From Octopus sinensis (Eukaryota), in assembly GCF_006345805.1 (NCBI RefSeq), contig NC_043013.1, positions 42,904,001 to 42,968,000 on the forward strand: a DNA stretch of 64,000 bases, written 5' to 3'. The translations under genes were made by a program, and so were the position numbers. Below, piece after piece: positions 1-10,266 of the stretch (its first letter is position 1; each line of letters starts with the position of its first letter). The notes under the pieces are model-generated. The model had not been told where the DNA came from, did not search any database, and worked only from the letters and a program-made list of their open reading frames with translations.

Positions 1-57
1 AGGTGCCAGACGAGGCTGGCGAACGGCCACGCTCGGATGGTGTTTTTATGTGCCACC

Positions 58-843
58 CAGGGATGTACTGCCTGGGTAGGCAAGGTAGGCAGTACCTACC
101 CTAAATAAAATAGATCGATAGTAATATTTTCCTTTTCGGCAAAATATGCACCTAATTCAATAAAATTATGAAGGTTACTCTGATTACTATGCAAAAAATA
201 CAAAATATTTTATTTTTTTGTAGATTAGGTAGGCATAATTTGCCCCTGCCTTTCAATCTCAGTATTAAAGCTACGCATAGAACTGCTGTAGTACACATGC
301 TGCGTACATTCCTACAACAATGTTTTCTTTACGTGCTATAAGACATGTTGGGGCAAGCGAAATCGAAATCGAATTGAACCAGCCAGGATCCCTGGTCTGG
401 TGGTACGTAAAAAGCACCATCCGACTCGTAGCCGATGCCAGCACCGCCTCGTCTGGCTTCCGTGCCGGTGGCACATAAAATACACCAATCCGACCGTGGC
501 CGTTGCCAGCCTCGCCTGGCACCTGTGCAGGTGGCACGTAAAAAGCACCCACTACACTCACGGAGTGGTTGGCGTTAGGAAGGGCATCCAGCTGTAGAAA
601 CACTGCCAGATAAGACTGGAGCCTGGTGCAGCCTTCTGGCTTCCCAGATCCCCGGTCGAACCGTCCAACCCATGCTAGCATGGAGAACGGACGTTAAACG
701 ACGATGATGATGATGATGAAAAGAGTAAGTAAATCTGCCCACAACTCCGTCGCATGCCTATGTTTCACATTATTTTTTTATGTGTTTAAATACATAAAGG
801 CACCAACTGCCTACCCTGAATAATTACTGATGGCACATGCCTG
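58..843. mobile_element. Possible hAT-like MITE interrupted by a SINE
   Basis: Ends CAGGGATGT...ACATGCCTG form an imperfect TIR; repeated ggtaggca/tgcctaccc subterminal motifs; SINE at 353-720 nested inside. Confidence 0.35.
353..720 (+). mobile_element. SINE-like repeat with (GAT)n tail, RTE-associated type
   Basis: Tandem GGCACGTAAAAAGCACC subunits, AGGAAGGGCATCCAGC core, (GAT)n tail; near-copies at 6795-7312, 11925-12185 and 23343-23765. Confidence 0.85.
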
Positions 844-875
<32 letters not shown>

Positions 876-2225
876 ATACAGACACAAAAACCTATCTGCA
901 TTTACATATCTATTAGTTAAAAGACAGCATCAAAGTACATTAGAATGATGTTGCCGTCTTCCTAGTTAGCAAAGCATACTGAATGCTCCACAACATAAGT
1001 TTCTTACCAATACTATCAAATTAATATTGCATGTAATGGAAATATGATGATGAAAGAAGCTTACCTGTTGTAAAGATGTGTTTATGTAGAAGTGATTTAT
1101 TATCACCTTTCAGGAATAAATGAATACAAAAGACACTAATTTCAAATGAAGATATTGGTTATGACGATAAATGGATTACCTAAACTAGCTAACTGTCACT
1201 GCACATCAGCAATGTATGACTAACACTTATGACGAAAGATGTACAGAAATACAGGAACTATAGTCTTCATGAAGCTAAAAAGAGGTCAGCAAGCAATGTG
1301 GAATTCCCTAAATGGTAACTGCTAATTTAGCAGGAACATGGCTGGAATACGAACACAATTAACTTAGTCTTCTGGTTTTCCAAACATCTTCCAATCTGTA
1401 TCTTGTCAGAAAAATTATTAATTATCTAACATCCACTGAGTCATGTCTATATTCTTGGGGACTCAGGATCCCCACCTCCTCTGCTTCAGGTGTTTGTTGT
1501 CATCTTCATCCAAAAAGACATTTTTGGTTCTTGACATGGGTTAATCTGTTCTTGTAGTTAATCTGTCACTAATTCGGTAATCACATCTAACATTGAGCAT
1601 GCGTAATAACACAGTCAAGCCCCAAACAATTTGCTGGCCTCTTTTTATTTCATGAACTATAGTTTATAATAACCAAGTAAAATATGATGAATATTTACTA
1701 ATATAAGTAGTGCAACATTAACTACCAACTATTCATATTGGGATCACCACATGCCCCCACCCAAAACACTACATTAATCTGTTAAGAGACTATAGCAAAT
1801 AAACATGGAGGAAACAGGCTTTAACGAGAAACTAACGGAAAGATATCTTGACATGTTTAGGTCAGTTATGGCCCAGGCTATGTTGTACTTACTTGTACCA
1901 CCACAGTACAATCATTATAGTATATTTTTATGCTTTCTGAAGACTAGAGAGATGTCTACCATATTGTTAGTAGTCTGGAATTCAACCCCACACTCAAACC
2001 AGATATATGCCCACGCTCACACATTCTGTTTTAAAATAACTCACGATTAGCCACAAGAGGATGCTTGAAGACAGGTTAGCTTAAGGTTCAAGAAAATCTG
2101 TCCCCTTTGGCAGTTGTAGACCTCACTTTCAACAAAGGTATCAACATCTGTTACCGAGAAGTAAGATCATTTAACTAATGACATCTTTGAATCAAAGCAG
2201 TGGGAAAGATGACATGAAAACCAAC

Positions 2226-2712
2226 CTCTTCGACTTTACATCTTTATCATCTTTCTTTTCATCAGCCTTCTTCTCAGTTTGCCCTCCTTCTGTTTTACCT
2301 TTAGCCCTTTCTTCAACTTTGCTTCCATCTGTTTTCTTCACTTCAGTTTTGCCACTCACTTTGTCCATTGATGCGTTGTCCGTTTTATTATTTGTCTTTG
2401 ATGCCACAATATCAGCATCTAAATCATTCTGTGTATCATCAACATGCAGAATCAATGATGCATTTTCTTCACTCTTTCGAGCGATGGATGTGTCCATGTT
2501 GATTGTGTCTTCTAATGTTAATGGAGCTATGCAAGGAACACTGGTAGGTGTTGGAGGTAAACTGTCTGAGAAAGATGCAATGACCACTTCATCTTTAAGT
2601 TCATTAGAATTTAGTGGTAGAGGGGTAATTCTCACACTGGCTGATGAAGACTTTTCGCTATTTTCTTCTTTTATATTATTCTCTGTTGATGAAGACGACT
2701 GTTCTGGCGGTG
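2226..2712 (-). pseudogene. Duplicate exon 8 (acidic/Lys-rich), reading frame intact
   Basis: ctgtag acceptor, AG|gttggt donor, 487 nt, phase 1-2 as in the main gene; [16 protein letters not shown]...DKDVKSK with no stop. Confidence 0.85.
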
Positions 2713-3812
2713 CTACAGAAAGTTAATTTAGAATGAAATAGTTGACAGGAAATGAACATTTGTTAAATTTCACTCCACAACAGACTGTGCTGTGTTGAGA
2801 GTTTAAATAGAAAATATAGAAAGAAATAAAGAAAACATTACTAATAAAAGCTTTTAGTCTAGTAATCCTACAGGATCAACAGACTATAAGCCCTAAAGCT
2901 GAAATATGGATAATAATTATATTTCACATAGAAACTTTTGTGTCAAATTTTCACTTCATATGTCTTCAGTGGTATTGCTCTCAATACACATACAAAAGTT
3001 ATTTAGACAGATCAAAATATACCACTTGTACAATGGCAAGCAATTTGATCAGAGACATAATAAAATAACTGTGCTAAGGTTTGAAACTCATCACCAAGTC
3101 AACAGTTGTTCAGAAACCTAACTTCTCAGTCAAACTTCCTGTAAATTATATTACATTATTTTCCACTGAACCAGAAGGAACAGAGTATTCTGTAGCATTA
3201 AATGGATGAGAGTTGAATGAGCCCCTGAACAGGATGTCAGTCAGTTGCCAGCCAGATCTGTAGATGTTGAGCTTTTCTCTACATCTAGAAGAACTGAGGC
3301 CCATGAAAGTCTGCCGCCCAAATATAATGAAATACTTGAAGGACGAGCTGGTCTTGTAATGAATTTTCACTGAAGCTATTTTGCATCTCGAATGCAAACA
3401 CACAAACACACACATAATTGAGTGGCACATCTAATCAGTCGCAAGCGTATGAACCACGTCTCTATATAATATTTTGATGCACCGATTTCTACTGAACTTT
3501 CTCTTTCACAGTTGCACACTTTGTTACAAGGCACAGATGGAGTTGTTCTCCAGTGAAGTGCTGTTACAAGACACAACTAAGACCTAGCCTCATGCACAAT
3601 ACCTTAGGAGAACAGCGTAATTGCTGACAAATTCACACAGTCACTGACTCCCAAGTTGTGCTACATATAAGGATCAAAGTAGTGGTTAACAGAGAGCAAT
3701 GAATCAAGATTTCTTCCCTTTATTTCCAGTTTTCAACGTCCTTTGACTAAACTGGAACAATTTTTTTGAAAACAAACATACATAAATGTACAAAAGATAT
3801 GTTTAAACTTTG

Positions 3813-5079
3813 TAAGGTGCACCAGGTATTTGTGAACACAACTTAAGCAAACCACAAATAGAAGATAACCTAAAGTAAAGTATGAGGCATAGGCCAATTT
3901 TTAATTTTCTTTCTTTTCATTCACTTTCAAACCTAACGACAGCATCGACATGGCAGATTCCAATCTGACACAGGGAATGAAAAGACATGCCATTCTGGTG
4001 GCTCTAACTGCCAACCACAGTGATTCAAAGATTACCAGCTTCTTGAATGTGGCCAGATCACTCACATTCAGGACCAGAAAAGAGCTAGAAGCTACTATCT
4101 GGGATGCGTCTTCTGTGGCGTAGAGAAATAAGCATTCTCAATGGTCTCACATCGTCAGGACAGCCAATTTCATTGAACTAGTCCAAGATATTGTCAATGA
4201 CAACCACGGTATGTCAATGAGGTTCATCGCCAAGCAGCTCAATGTGAGTCCTGTCTCTTGTGTAGTCCAACATGACGAGGAAAGGGCAAGTCATGTGTGG
4301 CAAGACCCAGGAGAACCAAGTTATCCAGTCAAAGTTCTCGCTGAACAAACTCAAGCACCCCAAGAAACTTGTGTTCTGCGTCGTCTCCAGTGAAATAAAC
4401 TTTGACCAGGAGCAGAAGGTCAACAGAAGGAATAACAAGTACCCATGTGCAGCCTCTACAGACAAATCCTTGGTGATGCACACCAAGTTCCCATCATCTC
4501 TCATGGTTTTCAGGATTGTGAACAAGAGCTATGTCATTCACCTCACTGAGTCTATGCCATCACCTGCATCAAGTTGATGGACCCAACTGTCAAGCCCTGA
4601 ATGGGGTGAGGTGGGTGGCCAAGGGAAGACCGTGCATGTTTCTGCAGGTTTCTGCTACCTCCCACATGGCCTTCACAATACAGGAGTGGCTGGTTGAGAA
4701 GTTTCCCTATCATGTTGATTTCCCCCAAAATGTGATATCCAAGCTCCATTGATATGAACCTCCTACACTGCTACAACATTTGGGACGTCATCAACAGAGA
4801 AACCAACCAGCAGCTCCACAACATCAAGGACTCGTTGAAGCCCACTATTGCCGATGTGACAGGCAACATTAATGAGAACCACCTGATTATGTCATCCAGT
4901 TATTTTCACGGCCGCATTGAAACCATCATTGTGAATGTGGAAGGTTTTATTAAATAATCTGTTTCTTTAATAAATCTAGTCAAATATATGCGCCATTTTC
5001 CTAGAAATATGTATTACAGCTTTAATATCTTTCTTTTTCCTCATATTTTACTTTGTTCTCAATTACCTGGCGCTTACTA
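3813..5079 (+). mobile_element. Degenerate Tc1/mariner (maT/DD37D-like) transposon
   Basis: Frameshifted transposase MKRHAILVAL...SSEINFDQEQKVNRRN...QVSATSH...MNLLHCYNIW...GRIETIIVNVEGFIK; degenerate TIRs ccaggtatttgtgaaca / tgttctcaattacctgg. Confidence 0.8.
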
Positions 5080-5199
5080 AACATGTATGCACACACACAC
5101 ATACAAACACACGCAATGCATAAAATTTCATATATATAAACACAATCCCTGATACAAGTCGTTACACAAGTGCATAAGTCACTGTCAGACATCTGAACA

Positions 5200-5690
5200 G
5201 AAACTACAGCATTGCATCTGCTGTCAAACAAGAAGCTTCCAATTATACTGGAACTGTGGATTGCAGCCCAAGTACACATTCTGGGATAGGCTACACCTTT
5301 CGTTAGTATTTGCTGAGGATCCTCTGCAGCATAAAAGACAGTCATATCAGCTGATGATGCCATCCACATGAAATGTTGCCTCATCTGACCAAAATATCTG
5401 AACAACAAAGCAGAGATCACTGCACAAGTACATCAACATTTCCTGGCAGAATTGAGCCTTAGTTACTGTGATGTAACGTAATTAACTCATATTTCTGAAA
5501 ATGAAAATGTTTGCAGTTAAACTTCATATGCAAGCATTTATATGATATTATAAACTTTATATGCAAACATTGATATGGTATATAAATAATACCATTTATA
5601 TGGTATGGATCATTTTAAGTAAATTTAACTGATCATCACAATTCAACTCAATAATTATTATAAACTTACTGTACAACTTATGACAAACCC
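5200..5690 (-). mobile_element. Fragment of a second Tc1/mariner-type transposase
   Basis: YAAEDPQQIL...PRMCTWAAIHSSSIIGSFLFD resembles the conserved WxxENP...VWCAxSxxGIIGPFFF block. Confidence 0.6.
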
Positions 5691-6304
5691 TATATATTCA
5701 AAATTAGCAACATTCTAAACATTGAGAAGTTTCAACATTTCTGAATGTATGTAACACCAATTACATTTATAGACAATATTCAGAAATATTTGTCAACTAA
5801 CTATTACCTTCAGGGTACAAATTCAACACAAATACAGTTATTTTAAAATAAATATTGACTTGGAAAAATTTGTATGAGATACTACATCATATAGCATAAA
5901 CAAAGAAAATGTAGCCATTCTTTTACCTAAAGCTATACTACACTCACATTAAATATATTTAAGCACAAGAGCCAGAATTAATTATCTTTATGGGAACTTC
6001 ACCACTGCATTGCAAATATGCAATACTAATTACAGTCATTTTAAGTTTTGCAATAAAATTAATAATTTGTGGCTCCAGAAACACAAAATGGACCAGAGAC
6101 TCTTCGAAGTCAGCTACTAGCTCAGCAAAGTATAATTCTCTCTTCAATCTAAACTGTACAAACCAATTGCCAACGCCAAAGACAATGGTAGAGAGAAAGT
6201 AAACATTCTTCAAATAACACCACCTACCAGATTAGTACTTGACTACCATATATTGAACCAATATAATTCATTCTAAACTACAACTTCATATAAACTGTAC
6301 ATAA

Positions 6305-6522
6305 CCCTTTAGCATTCAGATTATTCTGTCAAATGTAATCCTTATTTATTCACATTGATATGAATTAGTCATGCATTATTTTGTAGCTTCAAGATTTCAT
6401 TAATGTGATTGTTTATTTATACAATGACATTGTAGAGTAAGCGTGAAAAGCCAAATCTTGCCAATTTGAACATAAAACATAGAATATTTCAGCTGGATAT
6501 TGCCAGTTTAAATGCTAAAGGG
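6305..6522. mobile_element. piggyBac-type MITE
   Basis: TIR CCCTTTAGCATT/AATGCTAAAGGG, flanks ATAA and TTAA; family copies at 20375-20586 and 40373-40569. Confidence 0.85.
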
Positions 6523-6684
6523 TTAATACCAACCTTTATGAGCAACATGTATATTACTGGCAAAATGATAGTAGATTTGTGTTTTGTTATTTTCATTGAG
6601 ACAATGAAACAACTGATATAGGGTCAATCTAAGTATACAATAAATAGACTATTTTAGGAAATTTAAAGAAAATGAATTACATAC

Positions 6685-6718
6685 CTGTGGTATCCTTTAA
6701 TGGATCATCAGATTCTTC
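6685..6718 (-). pseudogene. Duplicate exon 7, intact
   Basis: ttttcag|EESDDPLKDTT+G|gtatgt, 34 nt as in the main gene. Confidence 0.8.
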
Positions 6719-6794
6719 CTGAAAAGTGAAGAAAGAAAATGACTAATATGACTAACAACAACAACAAATGACAGAAAAAAACATTTTTCCGAAT

Positions 6795-7312
6795 TCGATG
6801 ACTGGCATCCATGCTAGTGGAGCGCTAAGAGCACCATCCGAGCATGATCATTGCCAGAGCAGCAAACTGGCTTCCGTGCCGGTGGCATGTAAAAAGCACC
6901 ATTTGAGCATGATCGTTGCCAGAGCAGCAAACTGGTTTCTGTGCCAGTGATACATTAAAAACCACCATTCAAGCGTGATCGTTACCAGCGTCGCCTTACT
7001 GGCACATGAAAAAAACATTCGAGCGGGGTCGTTGCCAGTGCTGCTGGACTGGCTCCTGTACAGGTGGCATGTAAAAAACACCATCTGAGTATGGCCATTG
7101 CCAGTACCACCTGACTGGCCCTCGTGCCAGTGGCACGTAAAGGCACCCACTACACTCTCAGAGTGGTTGGCATTAGGAAGGACATCCAGCTGTAGAAACT
7201 GCCAGATCAGATTGGAGCCTGATGCAGCCATCTGGTTCGCCAGTCTTCAGTCAAATCATCCAACCCATGCTAGCATGGAAAGCAGACTTTAAACGATGAT
7301 GATGATGATGAG
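6795..7312 (+). mobile_element. SINE-like repeat with (GAT)n tail
   Basis: Same family as 353-720 with more internal subunits. Confidence 0.85.
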
Positions 7313-7779
7313 GATGATCTTTTTGTTAAACACAATTGTGAACGACAAGTGAAGAATCACACTATTTTGTTCCCAAATGGTTTTCAGATTGAGAAATCAT
7401 CAGTGGAATTTATAACAGATTAACTTCATAGCAAATACAATTAACTATTGAACTGTGAAGTAAAATTACTTTCATCCATATTAAGGCAAGTCACCTGTCT
7501 CTATATCTAATGTAATTGTGTATATGTGAATCAAAATATTTGGTCCTGAAATGGTTTTATGTTTCAAGAATTATCAGTGGAATTATAACTGGTTAATTTT
7601 GATAGATGTAAGTAACTGTTGAATTTCAAGTAAAATAATTTTCATATTAATTATTAATTAAATTATACCATATCTAACACTAATAACCAATTATGAAATG
7701 AAAGTAATAACTTGCACTAAAACAAGTAGTGCAATATAGTTAGTAGAACAATGTAAAAGGTGTAGTAAATTTTAATTAC

Positions 7780-8022
7780 CTGCAGAACAGTTCCAGTGTC
7801 TTTGTTTGTATCTGAGGAAGAGATAGGTAGTTCCTCTTTAAACTGGTCTTTATCAAAGGTGTTATCTGCCAACATATCTGATGGTTTGGTACCACTTGAA
7901 AGCAGTTGATCTTCAGAAAGGTCTTCCACAGAAGTTTTGTCAGAGAGCAAAGAGTAACCATTTGAATTGGTAGTGTTTAACAACACATCTGTTAATGCCA
8001 CATCAGATGTCTCTGATTCTTT
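7780..8022 (-). pseudogene. Duplicate exon 6, reading frame intact
   Basis: 81 codons KESETSDVALTD...DTGTVLQ, phase 0-0; 15 substitutions and one codon indel versus the main exon. Confidence 0.85.
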
Positions 8023-8639
8023 CTGAAAATTAAAACAAAACAAATTTCTGTTACCCCTCAACACTAAATCATCCTATATTTATCCTTTGCTCACTGTAAT
8101 ATCCATTAGTACCTTATTCTTATTCAATGCTTAAATTATTACTGTATTCCATTTTTACTATAATGATTTTTATAGTATTATTATAGAATAATAGTACTTT
8201 CTGTGCTACAGGTAAAGCTCTTTTCAGTTATGAAACTCAATTGTTATTAATGACCTGAGTACGTCTGTGTACTTCACTGGTCTTTTTCATGGATAACATT
8301 ATCAAACTGACATTGAAATTCTAACACTAAAGTAAACTAAGTGAACACATCACAGTAGAGTATGATCATCAGGTGAGATCTAAGTGTTTCTGAATCCTAG
8401 CAGTTTTTGCAACTTTGCAGGTTAAGCAATAAAAAGGGTTCAGTTCAAGATTATTCCCTAATAAGTGCAATGATTCTGTCTTTGCTGAATGAGTAAAGAT
8501 TATCATGTACCCAGTGGAGAATGTTTCCCACTGTTTTATTCATGGAAACAATGGAGGCTTGATAGGAGCTGTTTAGGCAATGTGTGGTTGATGCCAAAGA
8601 AGAGAAGATAGATTAAGAGTGGCATTATAGGCACCTGAT

Positions 8640-8860
8640 GAGTAGAGTTGGTAAATAAAAACTGAAAGAAGCCCATCATACATACACATCTGTGTATACT
8701 ACACTCTGTCAAGAATCGCACAGTTTCTGTTTATCAGACTCATTTACAAAGCATTGGACAGCCTGGGGTTCTAGTAGTGGACACTGGCCAAAGGTACCAT
8801 GTAACAAGGCTGAACCTGAATCCACATGGTTGCAAAGTAAGCCTCTTAACCACACAGCCA
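8640..8860 (-). mobile_element. Old tRNA-derived SINE shared with the main gene (42610-42840)
   Basis: ggctgtgtggttaagaggc...ggattcaggttcagcc head at the same intron-5 position in both copies. Confidence 0.65.
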
Positions 8861-8959
8861 GAGTAAACACCTCCAAAAAATAGTATACTAAACAGTGACA
8901 AGTGGAAAATACATAGAAGACAATAAATTATCTATAAAAATATGACAAAATTCACCAAC

Positions 8960-8990
8960 CTCATCCATGTTGTCTGTATAAGTTTGTTTT
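8960..8990 (-). pseudogene. Duplicate exon 5, frameshifted
   Basis: 31 nt versus 32 nt at 42969-43000; same splice sites. Confidence 0.75.
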
Positions 8991-9727
8991 CTGGAAATAA
9001 AAAAAATAATTCAACATCACTTCAGTAATTTCAGTATTATACATTATGCAGTCAAACACACACCCCTATACTATACACATCTGATCACAGACTAAAATAG
9101 TTTCACATGACATAACAGTGGATTAAAAACACTACATTACATAATCATTACATAATACTGTTACATCTAACCAGTTTAAAATTCGGTTTCACACACCTGA
9201 ATATGAGAACATTGTATTACTTATTAACTAGTTAAAAAAGCATGAAACAAAGTTGCTGTTTTATATCCAATTGTCACATTAACAATGGCAGAAAGGGTTT
9301 TAATGCACTTCTTGCCCATAAGGTATATTACTGTCAAATGGAAATGGAACTTGTCAGCTAAAGTTTGCTAAAGTGAACAACACATCTAATATATTTACTA
9401 TCTGAAATAAAATTATCAGGATCGATACATCTCCCAGTGTGACGGGCAACACTCTAGCTAAAATAATCACTATTCATCATTATCATTTAACAGATGATGG
9501 GAAAAAAACAAAGAGACTCGAAAGCACACACACACACACAGATTATGTATAAATGATGGGTTGACCACACAGTTTCTGCCTACCAAACACATTTACACTG
9601 GACAGCCTGGGGTTTTCTGAAACTACATAGTACAAAGCAAGCTTCTTAACCACCTGTGCACAAGTACTGATATAAAACCAAAAGAAACAAAACACCTATG
9701 ACCAAAATAAATGACATGGAACTGCAC

Positions 9728-9781
9728 CTGATTTCTCTTCACTTCTTCAGTATCTTTATGATTTTCTTCACTTTTCAGAGC
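9728..9781 (-). pseudogene. Duplicate exon 2, 1-nt deletion
   Basis: [18 protein letters not shown], 54 nt versus 55 nt at 47599-47653. Confidence 0.8.
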
Positions 9782-10174
9782 CTGTGGCAAAGAGATAACA
9801 AAAGCACTGATGAGTTCCTTCAACTTCTATTAGCACAACATGTATATCAATTGTTGGTACAGAAACCATTAGATATCTGAAGTAACCCCCAACACACACA
9901 CACACTATCGATCTATTACCATCTGGTTTGCAATGCTGGCACAAATTGTATTGGTTTGTTATATAACAAATCAATCATCGCAGTTTTAATAATAGGAATT
10001 ATAGCAATAAGCATGTGGCGAGTCCTCTCTCATAGGACCAGTTTTAAGAGTAGGAGCCATTTTCCTTCAATCCTAGTTAAACCTTTTTCCCCCCCAAACA
10101 AAAATGCATGAGGAAATAATATCACCCCCCCAAAACTGCTGGAGCCTCGTGGAGCTTTTAGGTATTTTCACTCA

Positions 10175-10266
10175 ATAAACACACACAACACCTGTCTGGG
10201 AATTGAAACCGCGATCCTCCGACCGTGAGTCCGCTGCCCTAACCACTGGGCCATTGCGCCTCCACA
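10175..10266 (-). mobile_element. tRNA-derived SINE head
   Basis: A box TGGCCCAGTGG and B box GGTTTCAATTCC running into non-tRNA sequence; truncates the Gypsy integrase. Confidence 0.65.

Noticed and set aside
271-681. ORFs of 65-136 aa here and at 6848, 11932, 23413, 46432, 56274 and 63571
   Set aside because: All lie in SINE copies; they recur because the repeat recurs.
2178-2726. 182-aa plus-strand ORF (also 36359-36631 and 36776-37018)
   Set aside because: Antisense shadow of the E/K-rich exon 8; Ser/Phe/Leu composition.
6820-7150. Repeat-spacer pattern resembling a CRISPR array
   Set aside because: Spacers are homologous to each other, the unit is part of a SINE, and the context is eukaryotic with no cas genes.
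8225-8375. Box C/D snoRNA (TGATGA ... CTGA on the minus strand)
   Set aside because: No terminal stem or recognisable rRNA guide; kept only as a conserved block.
10195-10262. tRNA gene
   Set aside because: A and B boxes present but no acceptor stem; it is a SINE head.
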